Of a stretch of 63,464 bases of DNA, positions 35,301 to 44,200 are shown one piece after another. The notes beneath the pieces were generated by a model. The model was not told the DNA's origin and ran no database searches. It worked only from the letters and a program-made list of their open reading frames with translations. A program made the translations under genes and the position numbers. Location of the stretch: NCBI GenBank assembly GCA_017551005.1, contig JAFZNI010000339.1:1-63464 (forward strand). Direction: 5' to 3'. Numbering within the stretch: the first letter of the stretch is position 1; each line of letters starts with the position of its first letter. This DNA comes from Prevotella sp. GTDB lineage: Bacteria; Bacteroidota; Bacteroidia; Bacteroidales; Bacteroidaceae.

Positions 35301-36332
35301 ACCGCCTGTGATGTCACCATAGAACATACAGTTCACCACCATAGGTTTTGAGTCAACATCGTCCTGAGTGATGGAAGTATTTTCTTCGTAGCCAATATTA
35401 CCCACGATGCCCGCCACTACACTACCGCCTGTTATTGTAGCATAACTAAAGCTGTTGATGACTCGGGCGTTACCATCAAGTTTTCCTACTAAACCACCAA
35501 CGTTTCCACTACCACCAACTGAACTTCCACTGAAGCCAGTAATTTTCTTTTTGTCTTTTGCGTCCTCTCGTAAAACTTTTGTTGGCAGTATTCCGCAGTT
35601 ATAGATACGGGTAGTGCCATTGGCTGTGCCACAGATGGCACCGACATTATCACTGCCAGTAACAGTGATGCCCTTGAATATGAGATTACTGATGATTGCA
35701 TCAGTGGCAGTGGTAAAGAGCGGCTTAGAAATACCACTGATAACAGGGTATGTCCCATCAGCTTTTGCCTGGGCTGTCAACGTACCAGAAAAAGCAGATA
35801 CTCCCGTTTCGCCACCAGTGATGTCACCAGTAATGATGTAATTCCCAGTACTGCTGGTAATTTCCGACAATGAGGTAATAGGCGTTAGTTGAGAGAATGC
35901 AACCGTGACATAAGCGCCATTATACATTGACGGTAAATCAAAATAATACGAATAGCCACTGCCATTAGTTGTGAGTTCATCCATCAAGCCTGGGGTGCGT
36001 TGAGGGGCACGGGCTGGGGCAGGAGAGATGACATTAAGAGGTACTGCAGTGATTGAACTCTTGGAAACTATGTAGCCAGCGTTAGGCGACACAGATATGG
36101 TGACTCTACGCTTGCCATCAGAGATATCACCTACACTTGTCAGACTGACCGTACCTCCACCACTTGGAGTTATATCAACATAAACAGTTACGCCATTTTT
36201 TGTTCCAAGACTCTGTTCCGCCCACGCCCCACTGGCCATACCCATGAAGAGTACTAGCAGTAGGAAGAGGTTTCGTATGTTATTTCCAATGTTCATCTTA
36301 TGTGTCATATTGTGAATCATATCTATTATCAT
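32304..36332 (-). CDS. 1342-aa secreted protein: GLUG-like N-terminal region, C-terminal GNVYGGG repeats; no C-terminal secretion domain
   Basis: Signal ending GAWA|E; NVGAICG / NVGGLVG / VAGIVG motifs; ends GNVFGGGNEAPVGGSTTVNIEE. True start may be 36308. Confidence 0.85.
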   Translation of the reverse strand: MIIDMIHNMTHKMNIGNNIRNLFLLLVLFMGMASGAWAEQSLGTKNGVTVYVDITPSGGGTVSLTSVGDISDGKRRVTISVSPNAGYIVSKSSITAVPLNVISPAPARAPQRTPGLMDELTTNGSGYSYYFDLPSMYNGAYVTVAFSQLTPITSLSEITSSTGNYIITGDITGGETGVSAFSGTLTAQAKADGTYPVISGISKPLFTTATDAIISNLIFKGITVTGSDNVGAICGTANGTTRIYNCGILPTKVLREDAKDKKKITGFSGSSVGGSGNVGGLVGKLDGNARVINSFSYATITGGSVVAGIVGNIGYEENTSITQDDVDSKPMVVNCMFYGDITGGTSISPVYGGADGAMIKNDAVNGVNPYCYYRGNATFDNSYNDIKYYKRSWPAEEEYLTRFEYYRSILNSNRQLCTYWVTDKEVSNQTSADTALIAKWVLDPSIAPYPVLKKWGYYPSVINPDPNKTWDPEANNYVGGWQTRSSAAAYRGKSFTQKLSVTVNPGSKAASGIGSKTISLIITDMDTPNHDYGYYKVQLPYYNEVFGDPTADPTTEWDKRYGGNYKANVVTGWKITSIPGGVTGVTNSTGKDANGVAFDHTFIEDWESGYNFADRYCTNKDLYSVSKRVFAQGGFFYVPEGVTSITIEAYWGKAVYLHNTGHYIDRVNVTNQTADGNRKLGNPFEPSGTLSTAFQNQTVYDDWQNAVKALDKAGSGNNPTLSLTVYDQAIVLLSNHQLRNENGAVGTKITSSNDWFPYTIMSIDQDMDNEPDYCFEFQFRKEWNRDGIQPIRFDFLPVPELGMAVRHDKEQNTIGIFIPQGHFEITETSFMHLTQFEYDGNKDNNTITQKKVPAPIILNGGHFDQIVVRYTPFNNIQYFLMGGHFRMLRFAPGAHANKKNFPYIRLCAVNAIGGEYPEFYLSGIYRPDLDPASQSDFNQGNPHCYTNGGYFGIMAGGGYDKILGNVTFKIDHSVIDEFYGGGINGTRPVGGNINVTIDHSLVTKYCGGPKVGLMDNQTVTTYATGTTFTKYFGGGNGGTSFYRDGVRDGNDWAMPAQTAAGWKDFGYGTFNPLNTISGVAKSYEGPGENSDNKGYHAQFEFECFVESNGIGAKPTLRTYRHWAQFGSTSTGNTTSFLDGCTIEEDFYGGGNLGNVNGTVTSTLKDCTVKGNAFGGGYSGNIEPFRIHDKNATKFPYIDDAGVMQRGNGEFDYVKNTDGSDRYYTWCYRKSDTEFYPEGVVIPSDASTDTNLKSTFEYPKNSNKWYVLTTVSLEGLGAVSGNTSLTISGSTEVKGSVYGGGNESTVNGNTNVYLKNNAHVDGNVFGGGNEAPVGGSTTVNIEE

Positions 36333-36358
36333 TAGTGCAATTCGTATAATTTATGCTC

Positions 36359-39300
36359 TTACTTAATCACTGTTACGCTGCCCTTCTGACCATCTGCCGA
36401 GCGCTTGATGTAAAGGCCCTTCTTTGTGGGTTTGCCATTGAGGCGACGACCGTCGATGGTGTACCAGACTTCATCCAATTGTGAACTGTGAATTGTGAAT
36501 TGTACATCATCAATGTCGGTAGTCCTACCAACGACAATGCGCAGTCGGGCACCTGACGTACTGCTTAGGGGATTCGGGTTGTCGAAATAGTAAGTGCCTG
36601 TTGGCAAAGTACCATCAGAGGTAAGTACGAACCTTCCTTTGTAGAACATATAAACCTGACCGAAGCCTACTTCCATGCCACCTGTTCCCGTTACTTTTTT
36701 CAATATATTTGAACTGACGTCTGCTGGTGTAGTAGGCGTGAATTCTGATACGGTGATCCTGTTATTAATTGCACCATTAGCATTTGGAGTTCCATCCAAG
36801 TCATCCAACAACAATACAGGCACACCCTCTGGTGCATAGTCTATCTTCAGCAGATCCACTGCGTTTTCAGTAACACCCGTCACGAGATAAACGCTCTTTC
36901 CCGTTATCACCATATTCTTAGGAGCTTGGTAAGGTGCCACGTCTTTTACATCCTCATCAGTAGCTGTAGGTGTTTCTCCTGTGTCATAGAAATCTAAGTT
37001 CAAAGCTATCACCTGTGCCGAACCCGAATAATTGTTTATTCCAGTGATAGTCCACACATCATTCTCATCTTTCGAAGCTGTAAAATCAGAACCTGCAAGA
37101 GTATTATCACCATCCTGCACTGTGACATCACTACCATCTATAGTGATTACAATACCTGTAGCAGGAATGGAACCATCTCCAATGCTCTTTGCCGTCACTT
37201 CCAATGTACCGTTGGTATATGTGATGTTGTAGCTCGCAGTCACGTTATTATTAGTGCCATTCTTGATGACTGCTGCACTGGGTACGTTGTTGCTACTGCC
37301 AGCAACTGTCTGACTACCTGTTACGGTAACACTCTCAATGGCATCGCCCTCAGCAAGTGCTGTATTTGTATAGCTGTTTTTGGTCAAAGCCGTGCCATCA
37401 TAAGTCTTTGTATCGCTGTCAGCGGTAATGGTCAGAGTTTTCTGAGTCACCTCCAGTGTACCGTTGGTATATGTGATATTGTAACTCGCTGTCACATTCT
37501 CATTGTTTCCGTTCTTGATGACTGCTGCACTGGATACATTGTTGCTACTGCCAGCAACTGTCTGACTACCTGTTACGGTAACACTCTCAATGGCATCGCC
37601 CTCAGCAAGTGCTGTATTTGTATAGCTGTTTTTGGTAAGAGCCGTGCCATCATAAGTCTTTGTATCGCTGTCAGCAGTGATGGTCAGAGCTTTCTGAGTC
37701 ACCTCCAGTGTACCGTTAGTATATGTGATGTTGTAGCTCGCAGTCACGTCCTCGTTGCTTCCGTTCTTGATGACTGCTGCACTGGGCACGTTATTACTAG
37801 TACCAGCGACTGTCTGACTACCTGTTACGGTAACGCTCTCAATGACATCGCCCGTAGCAAGTGCAGTATTTGTATAACTGTTTTTGGCAAGAGCCGTGCC
37901 GTCATAGACCTTTGTATCGCTACCAGCAGTGATGGTCAGAGGTTTCTGTGTCACCTCCAGTGTACCATTCACATATTTAATGGTGTAACTTGATGTAACG
38001 TCCACATTAGAGGCGTTCTTGATGACTGCTGCGCTGGGTACATTGTCGCTCGTGCCTGCAACAGTCTGACTGCCAGTAATGGTGACACTCTCAATGGTAT
38101 GACCTGTTTGTAACCCCGCAACGGTATAAGTGTCCTTTGTCAGCGGTGTGCCGTCATACACCTTAGTCTCGCTGTCAGCTGTAATAGTAACAACAATATT
38201 CGTTACTTCAAGTGTACCGTTAACAGTGGTCACCAAGTAGTTGCCAACCGCAGTTTCTTCTCCGGTAGTCACAGCCACACCATCCACTGTGGCTATCACA
38301 TTAGGCTGGGTTCCCACATTGGTGATGGTACTTCCTTCTGTCATGACGACGGTGAAGGTATGCATATCGCCTTCCTCTAAGGCAGAGGCAGTGAAGCCGG
38401 GCTCGGTCAGTGCCGAGCCGTTATAAACTTGAGAGGCATCTTTGGCTGTGATAGTTACAGCCTTTGCATTAATGGTTAGCGTACCGTCAGCAGTAGTAAC
38501 CAAGTAGTTTCCGACCTCCGTTGGAGTGTCTGTAGTCACAGCAGTGCCATCCACTGTGGCTATCACATTAGGCTGTGTGCCCACATTGGTGATGGTACTT
38601 CCTGCTGTCATGACGACGGTGAAGGTATGCGTATCGCCTTCCTCTAATGCCGAGGTGTCGAAACTTGTCTCGGTCAGTGCCGCCCCATTATACGTTTTTG
38701 AGGCACTGCCAGCTGTGATAGTTACAGCCTTTGCACTAATGGTTAGGTTAGCCCCCGTATATGAGATAGTGTAATTGTTACCAGCAGTCAGCGTCCCCTG
38801 GTTGATGGCATAAGTGCCGACATTCTCACCATTTTCACGAGACAACGAGCCAGTGAAAACATCTTCTCCGACAAGATCATCTGAGGTATAAGTCAATACA
38901 GGATCTGCCTCACCATAGGTCTTTGACTTCGCTTCAGCCGTAACGGTTATTGCCTTTGCGCTAATGGTTAGGTCGGCCCCCGTATATGAGATACTGTAGT
39001 TGCTGCCAGCAGTCAGCGTCCCCTGGTTGATGGCATAAGTGCCGACATCCTCTCCATTTTCACGAGACAACGAGCCAGTGAAAACATCTTCTCCGATAAG
39101 ATCATCTGAGGTATAAGTCAATGCAGGATCTACTTCACCATAGGTTTTTGACTTCGCTTCAGCTGTAACGGTTATTGGCTTTTTGTTTATAGTAAAATCT
39201 CCAGAACCATATACCATATATTCACCACCGGCCTTGTCGGTAATCGTAACAGTATATGTACCAGCATCCTTACACTCTGTGACTTCATTTTCGCCCAGTT

Positions 39301-40891
39301 TATAGCTGACATTATATTCTTCGGGATCAATAGTCGTCTCACCAAATTTCACTTCAGGAACTTGAGTCGTTTTATTGTAATGAGTCGTTCCGTCGTAAGT
39401 AGAAGGGGCAAAAGTCTGAACATATACAATCGTTTGAGTTATCACTCTGGAATCACCCTTTTCGCCTCCAATTGCCCTAACCTTGATGGTCGTTATACCT
39501 TCACTAACACTTGGTTTGTTTGTGGCATTATACTGCGTGCTACCTGTTGTTGGAGTACTTCCATCTGTCGTATAATAGAAAACTGCATCATCTTCACCGT
39601 TGGTTATTGTAATAGTACCATTCTCATCACAAGTCACTATAGGATCAGCCCATAGTTCTTCTATTGTCCAGTGAGCATAGTTATTGTCCGTTCCTCTATC
39701 GTTGTAGATACCGATTTTCATATCGTTGCTAAGGGTAATCTTAGTATAGGTATTCTCACTAGCATTTCCTGGGCTCAAGCTGGCGGACTTATTATAGTAA
39801 TAACTTATTTCCAATTTAGGCATGATGGAATAAGCACTATAACCTGTTCCAATGGCATTCAACACCATGAATTGGAATCTGTTTTCAGTTTCTCCCGTTT
39901 CAGTCCCATCATGCTCATAAAGCCGCAATGAACTAGCTTGCACGTTTCCGTTTGCTGTTCCAGTAAACTTCAAGTATTTGCCAGTAATGGCATTCACAAT
40001 GTAATAATACTTGAGGTTAGGAATGGCATTGTCCGAAGCGGCTTCCACAAAATACCATACTTTTTTATCATCATCGACATCTGAAGTAACGGTAGCGTAT
40101 GGATCCGAATTATCGTCGATGGACATGTAAAATGTGGATCCTTTTGTTGTGGCATTGTGAATATAGAAGTAATGCTTTACTTCGTTGGTAGAATTGGTAA
40201 AAGGATGAGCCCATGCCACAGAGTTCTTTGCCACGAAATTCCACATGGAGTTTGCGTCTGGGGAACCGCCATAGTTGCTAGATTTGAGGTATCTATTCTC
40301 ATAAGGAACATTACCCGATTTCTTATTCACCCAGTAATTACCATTTCCGCTCTTTGGGTATAAAATCCATTCGCCTTCGCTGCCACCGATTGAAAACTTA
40401 TAGGCATCTCCTCCAGAACCAAAACTTGCAATCTTAATTGTATTATCATTTCCAATTGTTCCATCAAGCTTAAGATAATACCCAGTATTTTGGTTGACAA
40501 TATAATAGTATTGGGTGTTACTTTCAGTTCCAGCATCCATAAAATACCACAATGCTTTCAAGTTGGGCATATTGGTGGTGGATACATTCGAGTTATTTGT
40601 GTGAGGAATGGCATAAAATCCATCCGCACCGACAGATTCCATCCAGTAAAGTGTTTCCGTGTGGTTGGTCACATCGTCTTCCGTTGTCAACGTAAAAGGA
40701 TGTTGTCCCCACACACTATTTACTTCCAAGAATAAGGTCAGGAGCAGGGTTACGATGAGACGATTGCAACGCCACACTCCGCCCAAAGGTCGGAGAAATG
40801 TCGTGAGACACGAGCCATGGTCTCGTGAGGCACGAGCCGTCATGTAGTTGTTAGCGTGAAATATCGTCACTATCTTCATATCTTGTGTCAT
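36359..40891 (-). CDS. 1510-aa surface adhesin-like protein: beta-trefoil-like head, CHB_HEX_C/Fn3-like domain, MBG-type stalk repeats, Prevotella-type T9SS C-terminal domain
   Basis: Signal ending VWG|Q; YYYIVN..TG.YLK repeats; FYYTTDGSTPT; SKTYGE.DP MBG-like repeats; WYTIDGRRLNGKPTKKGLYI C-terminus. Confidence 0.82.
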   Translation of the reverse strand: MTQDMKIVTIFHANNYMTARASRDHGSCLTTFLRPLGGVWRCNRLIVTLLLTLFLEVNSVWGQHPFTLTTEDDVTNHTETLYWMESVGADGFYAIPHTNNSNVSTTNMPNLKALWYFMDAGTESNTQYYYIVNQNTGYYLKLDGTIGNDNTIKIASFGSGGDAYKFSIGGSEGEWILYPKSGNGNYWVNKKSGNVPYENRYLKSSNYGGSPDANSMWNFVAKNSVAWAHPFTNSTNEVKHYFYIHNATTKGSTFYMSIDDNSDPYATVTSDVDDDKKVWYFVEAASDNAIPNLKYYYIVNAITGKYLKFTGTANGNVQASSLRLYEHDGTETGETENRFQFMVLNAIGTGYSAYSIMPKLEISYYYNKSASLSPGNASENTYTKITLSNDMKIGIYNDRGTDNNYAHWTIEELWADPIVTCDENGTITITNGEDDAVFYYTTDGSTPTTGSTQYNATNKPSVSEGITTIKVRAIGGEKGDSRVITQTIVYVQTFAPSTYDGTTHYNKTTQVPEVKFGETTIDPEEYNVSYKLGENEVTECKDAGTYTVTITDKAGGEYMVYGSGDFTINKKPITVTAEAKSKTYGEVDPALTYTSDDLIGEDVFTGSLSRENGEDVGTYAINQGTLTAGSNYSISYTGADLTISAKAITVTAEAKSKTYGEADPVLTYTSDDLVGEDVFTGSLSRENGENVGTYAINQGTLTAGNNYTISYTGANLTISAKAVTITAGSASKTYNGAALTETSFDTSALEEGDTHTFTVVMTAGSTITNVGTQPNVIATVDGTAVTTDTPTEVGNYLVTTADGTLTINAKAVTITAKDASQVYNGSALTEPGFTASALEEGDMHTFTVVMTEGSTITNVGTQPNVIATVDGVAVTTGEETAVGNYLVTTVNGTLEVTNIVVTITADSETKVYDGTPLTKDTYTVAGLQTGHTIESVTITGSQTVAGTSDNVPSAAVIKNASNVDVTSSYTIKYVNGTLEVTQKPLTITAGSDTKVYDGTALAKNSYTNTALATGDVIESVTVTGSQTVAGTSNNVPSAAVIKNGSNEDVTASYNITYTNGTLEVTQKALTITADSDTKTYDGTALTKNSYTNTALAEGDAIESVTVTGSQTVAGSSNNVSSAAVIKNGNNENVTASYNITYTNGTLEVTQKTLTITADSDTKTYDGTALTKNSYTNTALAEGDAIESVTVTGSQTVAGSSNNVPSAAVIKNGTNNNVTASYNITYTNGTLEVTAKSIGDGSIPATGIVITIDGSDVTVQDGDNTLAGSDFTASKDENDVWTITGINNYSGSAQVIALNLDFYDTGETPTATDEDVKDVAPYQAPKNMVITGKSVYLVTGVTENAVDLLKIDYAPEGVPVLLLDDLDGTPNANGAINNRITVSEFTPTTPADVSSNILKKVTGTGGMEVGFGQVYMFYKGRFVLTSDGTLPTGTYYFDNPNPLSSTSGARLRIVVGRTTDIDDVQFTIHSSQLDEVWYTIDGRRLNGKPTKKGLYIKRSADGQKGSVTVIK
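37196..39189 (-). repeat. Intragenic tandem domain repeats: 4 x 252 bp, 2 x ~261 bp, 2 x 225 bp
   Basis: Equivalent positions at 37201/37453/37705/37957 and at 38761/38986; protein repeats visible in the translation. Confidence 0.88.
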
Positions 40892-40925
40892 ATCGCAAAT
40901 CCTTCGAAGTTCATCTTATTATCTG

Positions 40926-40957
40926 CAAAAATACGTTTTTTCGGCGAAACAGCCAAA
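40926..40957 (-). promoter_or_regulatory. Bacteroidetes promoter for the 1510-aa gene and downstream genes
   Basis: Minus strand: TTTG (40957-40954), 20-nt spacer, TATTTTTG (40933-40926). Confidence 0.75.
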
Positions 40958-41076
40958 TTATATATATTATTTAATTTTTAAATTATATATTAATTTAATT
41001 ATTTATATGCCCCTTATAGGGGCATTAATTTAATTATTAATTTTTTAATTAACTAACACGCGTGCGACCCGATTTT

Positions 41077-41205
41077 GTTCGGATTATCTTAACGCGTCAT
41101 CCGGATAGTCTCTTCGAGTCGTTCGAATAATCCCTTTACCCTATAAGGAATCATCTCTTTGAGTCGTCCGGATTATCGGAATGCCCCATCGGGATTATCC
41201 CGATG
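41077..41205. repeat. Six degenerate ~22-bp-period repeats ending in a perfect palindrome
   Basis: gttcggattatc-like cores at 41077, 41099, 41121, 41144, 41166, 41188; catcgggat-t-atcccgatg at 41187-41205. Confidence 0.7.
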
Positions 41206-41224
41206 AAGCATAGAGATACCCTCG

Positions 41225-44200
41225 TCATTTCACCGCGAGTTTCTTCATATAGCGGCCATCGGCACTCTGGACGATGTAAACACCTTGGTTGGCAACAAAC
41301 GTCTCGATGGTCTCACCCGGCTGGATGGTGAACGTCTTCAGCGTGATGCCGGCAGGCGTAACAATACGCACGTCGGTGGTGTAGGTGAGCGACGACTCCA
41401 CGACAATCTCGTGCTTCTTCGTGTATATCCTGAGCGTGCCGTAGATCTTACCGTCGCGCGGATCCTTCTCTTCATCGCCACCGATAGAGGAGTCATCGTT
41501 GCCGAAGATAATCTGTTCGACATCACCGCGCGTTCTGGCTCCACTGCCTGCTGCCATGAAGTACGGACGGAACGGAACGGCTGCTACGTCAGCGGTATTC
41601 TTCTTGAAACTGCTACCGTCAGCATTGAGCAGATAGCCTGTACCTGCCTCTATGGTCTTACCCATATAGTTCGGCACGAAGCGGTAGTTATTTGCCGTGA
41701 CAGGTGCCAGTTCGTCATCACTTACACCGATGGTGATGCCTTTATCAGAGGCGAAGGAGATGACCTGCGGTTTGAGTTGGTCAATACCTGAGTGCGTGTA
41801 CTTAGGCACGAACGTGCCGCTGAGGTCGAACTCATAGTAACGGTTGCCTGGGAATCCGACGATGTAAGGTGTACCTGCGCCACTGTAGGGATAGCCGCCA
41901 TAGGTATGCTCATCCCGGTAGTAAGTCTTCTGATACTCGTCTGTATTCTTATCCAGGTATTCGTCGAAACTGTAATAGTAATCCCAGAGGAAGGTGTTCT
42001 CGAACTCCTTCGAACCGCTACCGGCATCAGGCTTACCGAAGGATGCCACAAACGTGTTAGCATCAGTACTGGAGACTGAGCCGCCCTTATACCCGCGGAG
42101 CCAGTACTCGTGGCCCGTGGTACTTCCACTATAGAAGTGGGTAATCTCACCCTTGTCGGACGTGGTGACAAGTTCGGCACTGAACGGCAGGCTCACGGCT
42201 TCCCAGCCCTTCTTGTCGTCGACGTAGTTGTCAGGCGTACGCTGGTACCACATCCGATAGCCTTCGCCCATCGTGTAGCCGATCGGGGCATTGAAGTCCT
42301 GCTTATCGACGAGGTAGTGGTCACGATCAGTGACGAAATTATCGCCCGACTTGAAGATAACATGACCCTTGATGCGCTCGTTGTCGGATGTCGAGACGGC
42401 AGCGATTCTGCGGTAGTTGGATTCATCAATGTCAGCAGTCATCTCATCGTCAGCCTCCTCTACGCATGCAAGATCGCTAAAGTAATTGTCGAGCACGTCG
42501 TGGGTGGCCGCATTGACTGTCACCTCTGGAGCGTATGCCAGGAGGTTCTGCGTCAGATTGACATTGCGGAAGCCTGTCAGGCCGTCGTCATCAAGCAGTG
42601 GCGGGAAGAAGTGCTTTATACCGTCGGTATTTTCGACAAGTCCCTTCTTATAGCCCTTCGACACGTCATTATAACCTGTAAAGTCGATGGCAGTCATATT
42701 CTGGTAAGCAATCTCGCTGGCATCACCCTTCTTTGTCTGTGCAAAGACAGCGTATGGGTTATAGTAGGCCACCTCCATCTTGTTGCTGCGGAAGTAGGCC
42801 GGCGCACGATAGACACGATTGCCGCCGAGAGAGGTCTGGGTACGGGTATCGCTCTTGTTGATGGACGACGGCACATCCTGATGCTCATAGTCAGTCAGGT
42901 GACCATAGTTCAGCACCTGTCCGAAGTAGATATAGTCATCGGGCCAGATGGGATAATAGTAACTCTCGAGTCCCTCATCATACTGACGGATGTTCGTCGT
43001 CTCAGGAATGATGCCATCGGCATAGAAGATGTCACCGTCGGCATAGCGATCCTCAACGTATGTGAACTGTTTGAAGTCGGTGCCATACTTACCCTCCTTC
43101 TTCGTCAGAACGGCATCACCATTGTCGTCGGTACCGTCGACGAAGTAGTTGTAGGTCTGAGGCGTCGTACCCATGTCAGACGTATTGTTGTCGTAATATC
43201 GCTTATGCAGATAATAACCGTTCAGGTTGTAGGCCACCTCACCATTGTAGAAGGCCTTCTCCGGCATCTTGCGCAGACCGTCGCCAGCAGCATAGCCGTT
43301 GGTCTCCGGGTAGTAGCAGTTGAACACCTGCGTGCTGCCATCATCGGCATTAGGATTACCAAAGACTGCCTTCACACCTTCGTCAGGTGTGCCTGTGGTC
43401 TTCACCCAACAGTTAGCCACATAGCCTTCACCTGTGTCAGCCACACCGGCAGAGTTGAACGAGCCCATCACACCAAGGTTATAGACATCACCGCAGAGTT
43501 TATGGATCAGTGAGTTGTTCAGGCCACTGATATAATGGCCGTCACCATGGAGTTTACCCATGAAGCACTCACCATCATTGTTGGCTATCGGCGTCCAAGG
43601 ATTGGCTGTGGTGCTCTCGCGTTCCAAGTCGGTGTTCAGGATGAATTCCAGATACTGGCCACCCTTCATCGGCTGGTTCTTATGCGTGAGGTCGAGCGGC
43701 ATGTGACCGTCGAGTGCTCCGCCACTGATAACCTTCGGGTTACCCTCTGCGTCATTGTTCACGACATACGTCAGATCCATCAGATTCTTGAACAGGTCAA
43801 GACCGTTCTGCGGATTGTCGTCACCACTATAGTCGTTGATGTAGATCTTCGGTTCACGATCCACGTCCTTGTGGTCGATGAAGTAGTGGTTCTCCTTGTC
43901 AGCCATCACCTTAGCCAGGTCGTGGTAGTTGGCCACTGTGAACTGCACGGAGTTCGAATAGGTCTTGCCCAAGTGGGTCTGGGCATAGTAGGCCAGATAG
44001 TAGTCGTTCTGATACCAGTAGAGCGGCGTCACATTATTATAGAAAGGCTGTCCGTTGGTATGCGTGTCGGCATCATTCTGGTTAGAGAAGATCTCCCAGC
44101 CTGAATCTGTCACGCGGAAGGCGCCCTGTGAGACTGTCGGCGGCATGAGACCGACGGTAGTACCCGGCAGGACGACAGACGGATTGCTGAGTTTACCAAT

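Noticed and set aside
31279-36332. Pseudogene fragments of one broken giant gene
   Set aside because: Each piece has its own signal peptide and a clean ORF end, consistent with functional separate genes; an ancestral fusion remains possible.
42110-43513. Long plus-strand ORFs (e.g. 467 aa here, 47282-48358, 61961-63148 and many within the giant genes)
   Set aside because: Antisense shadows of codon-biased minus-strand genes, with no recognisable motifs.
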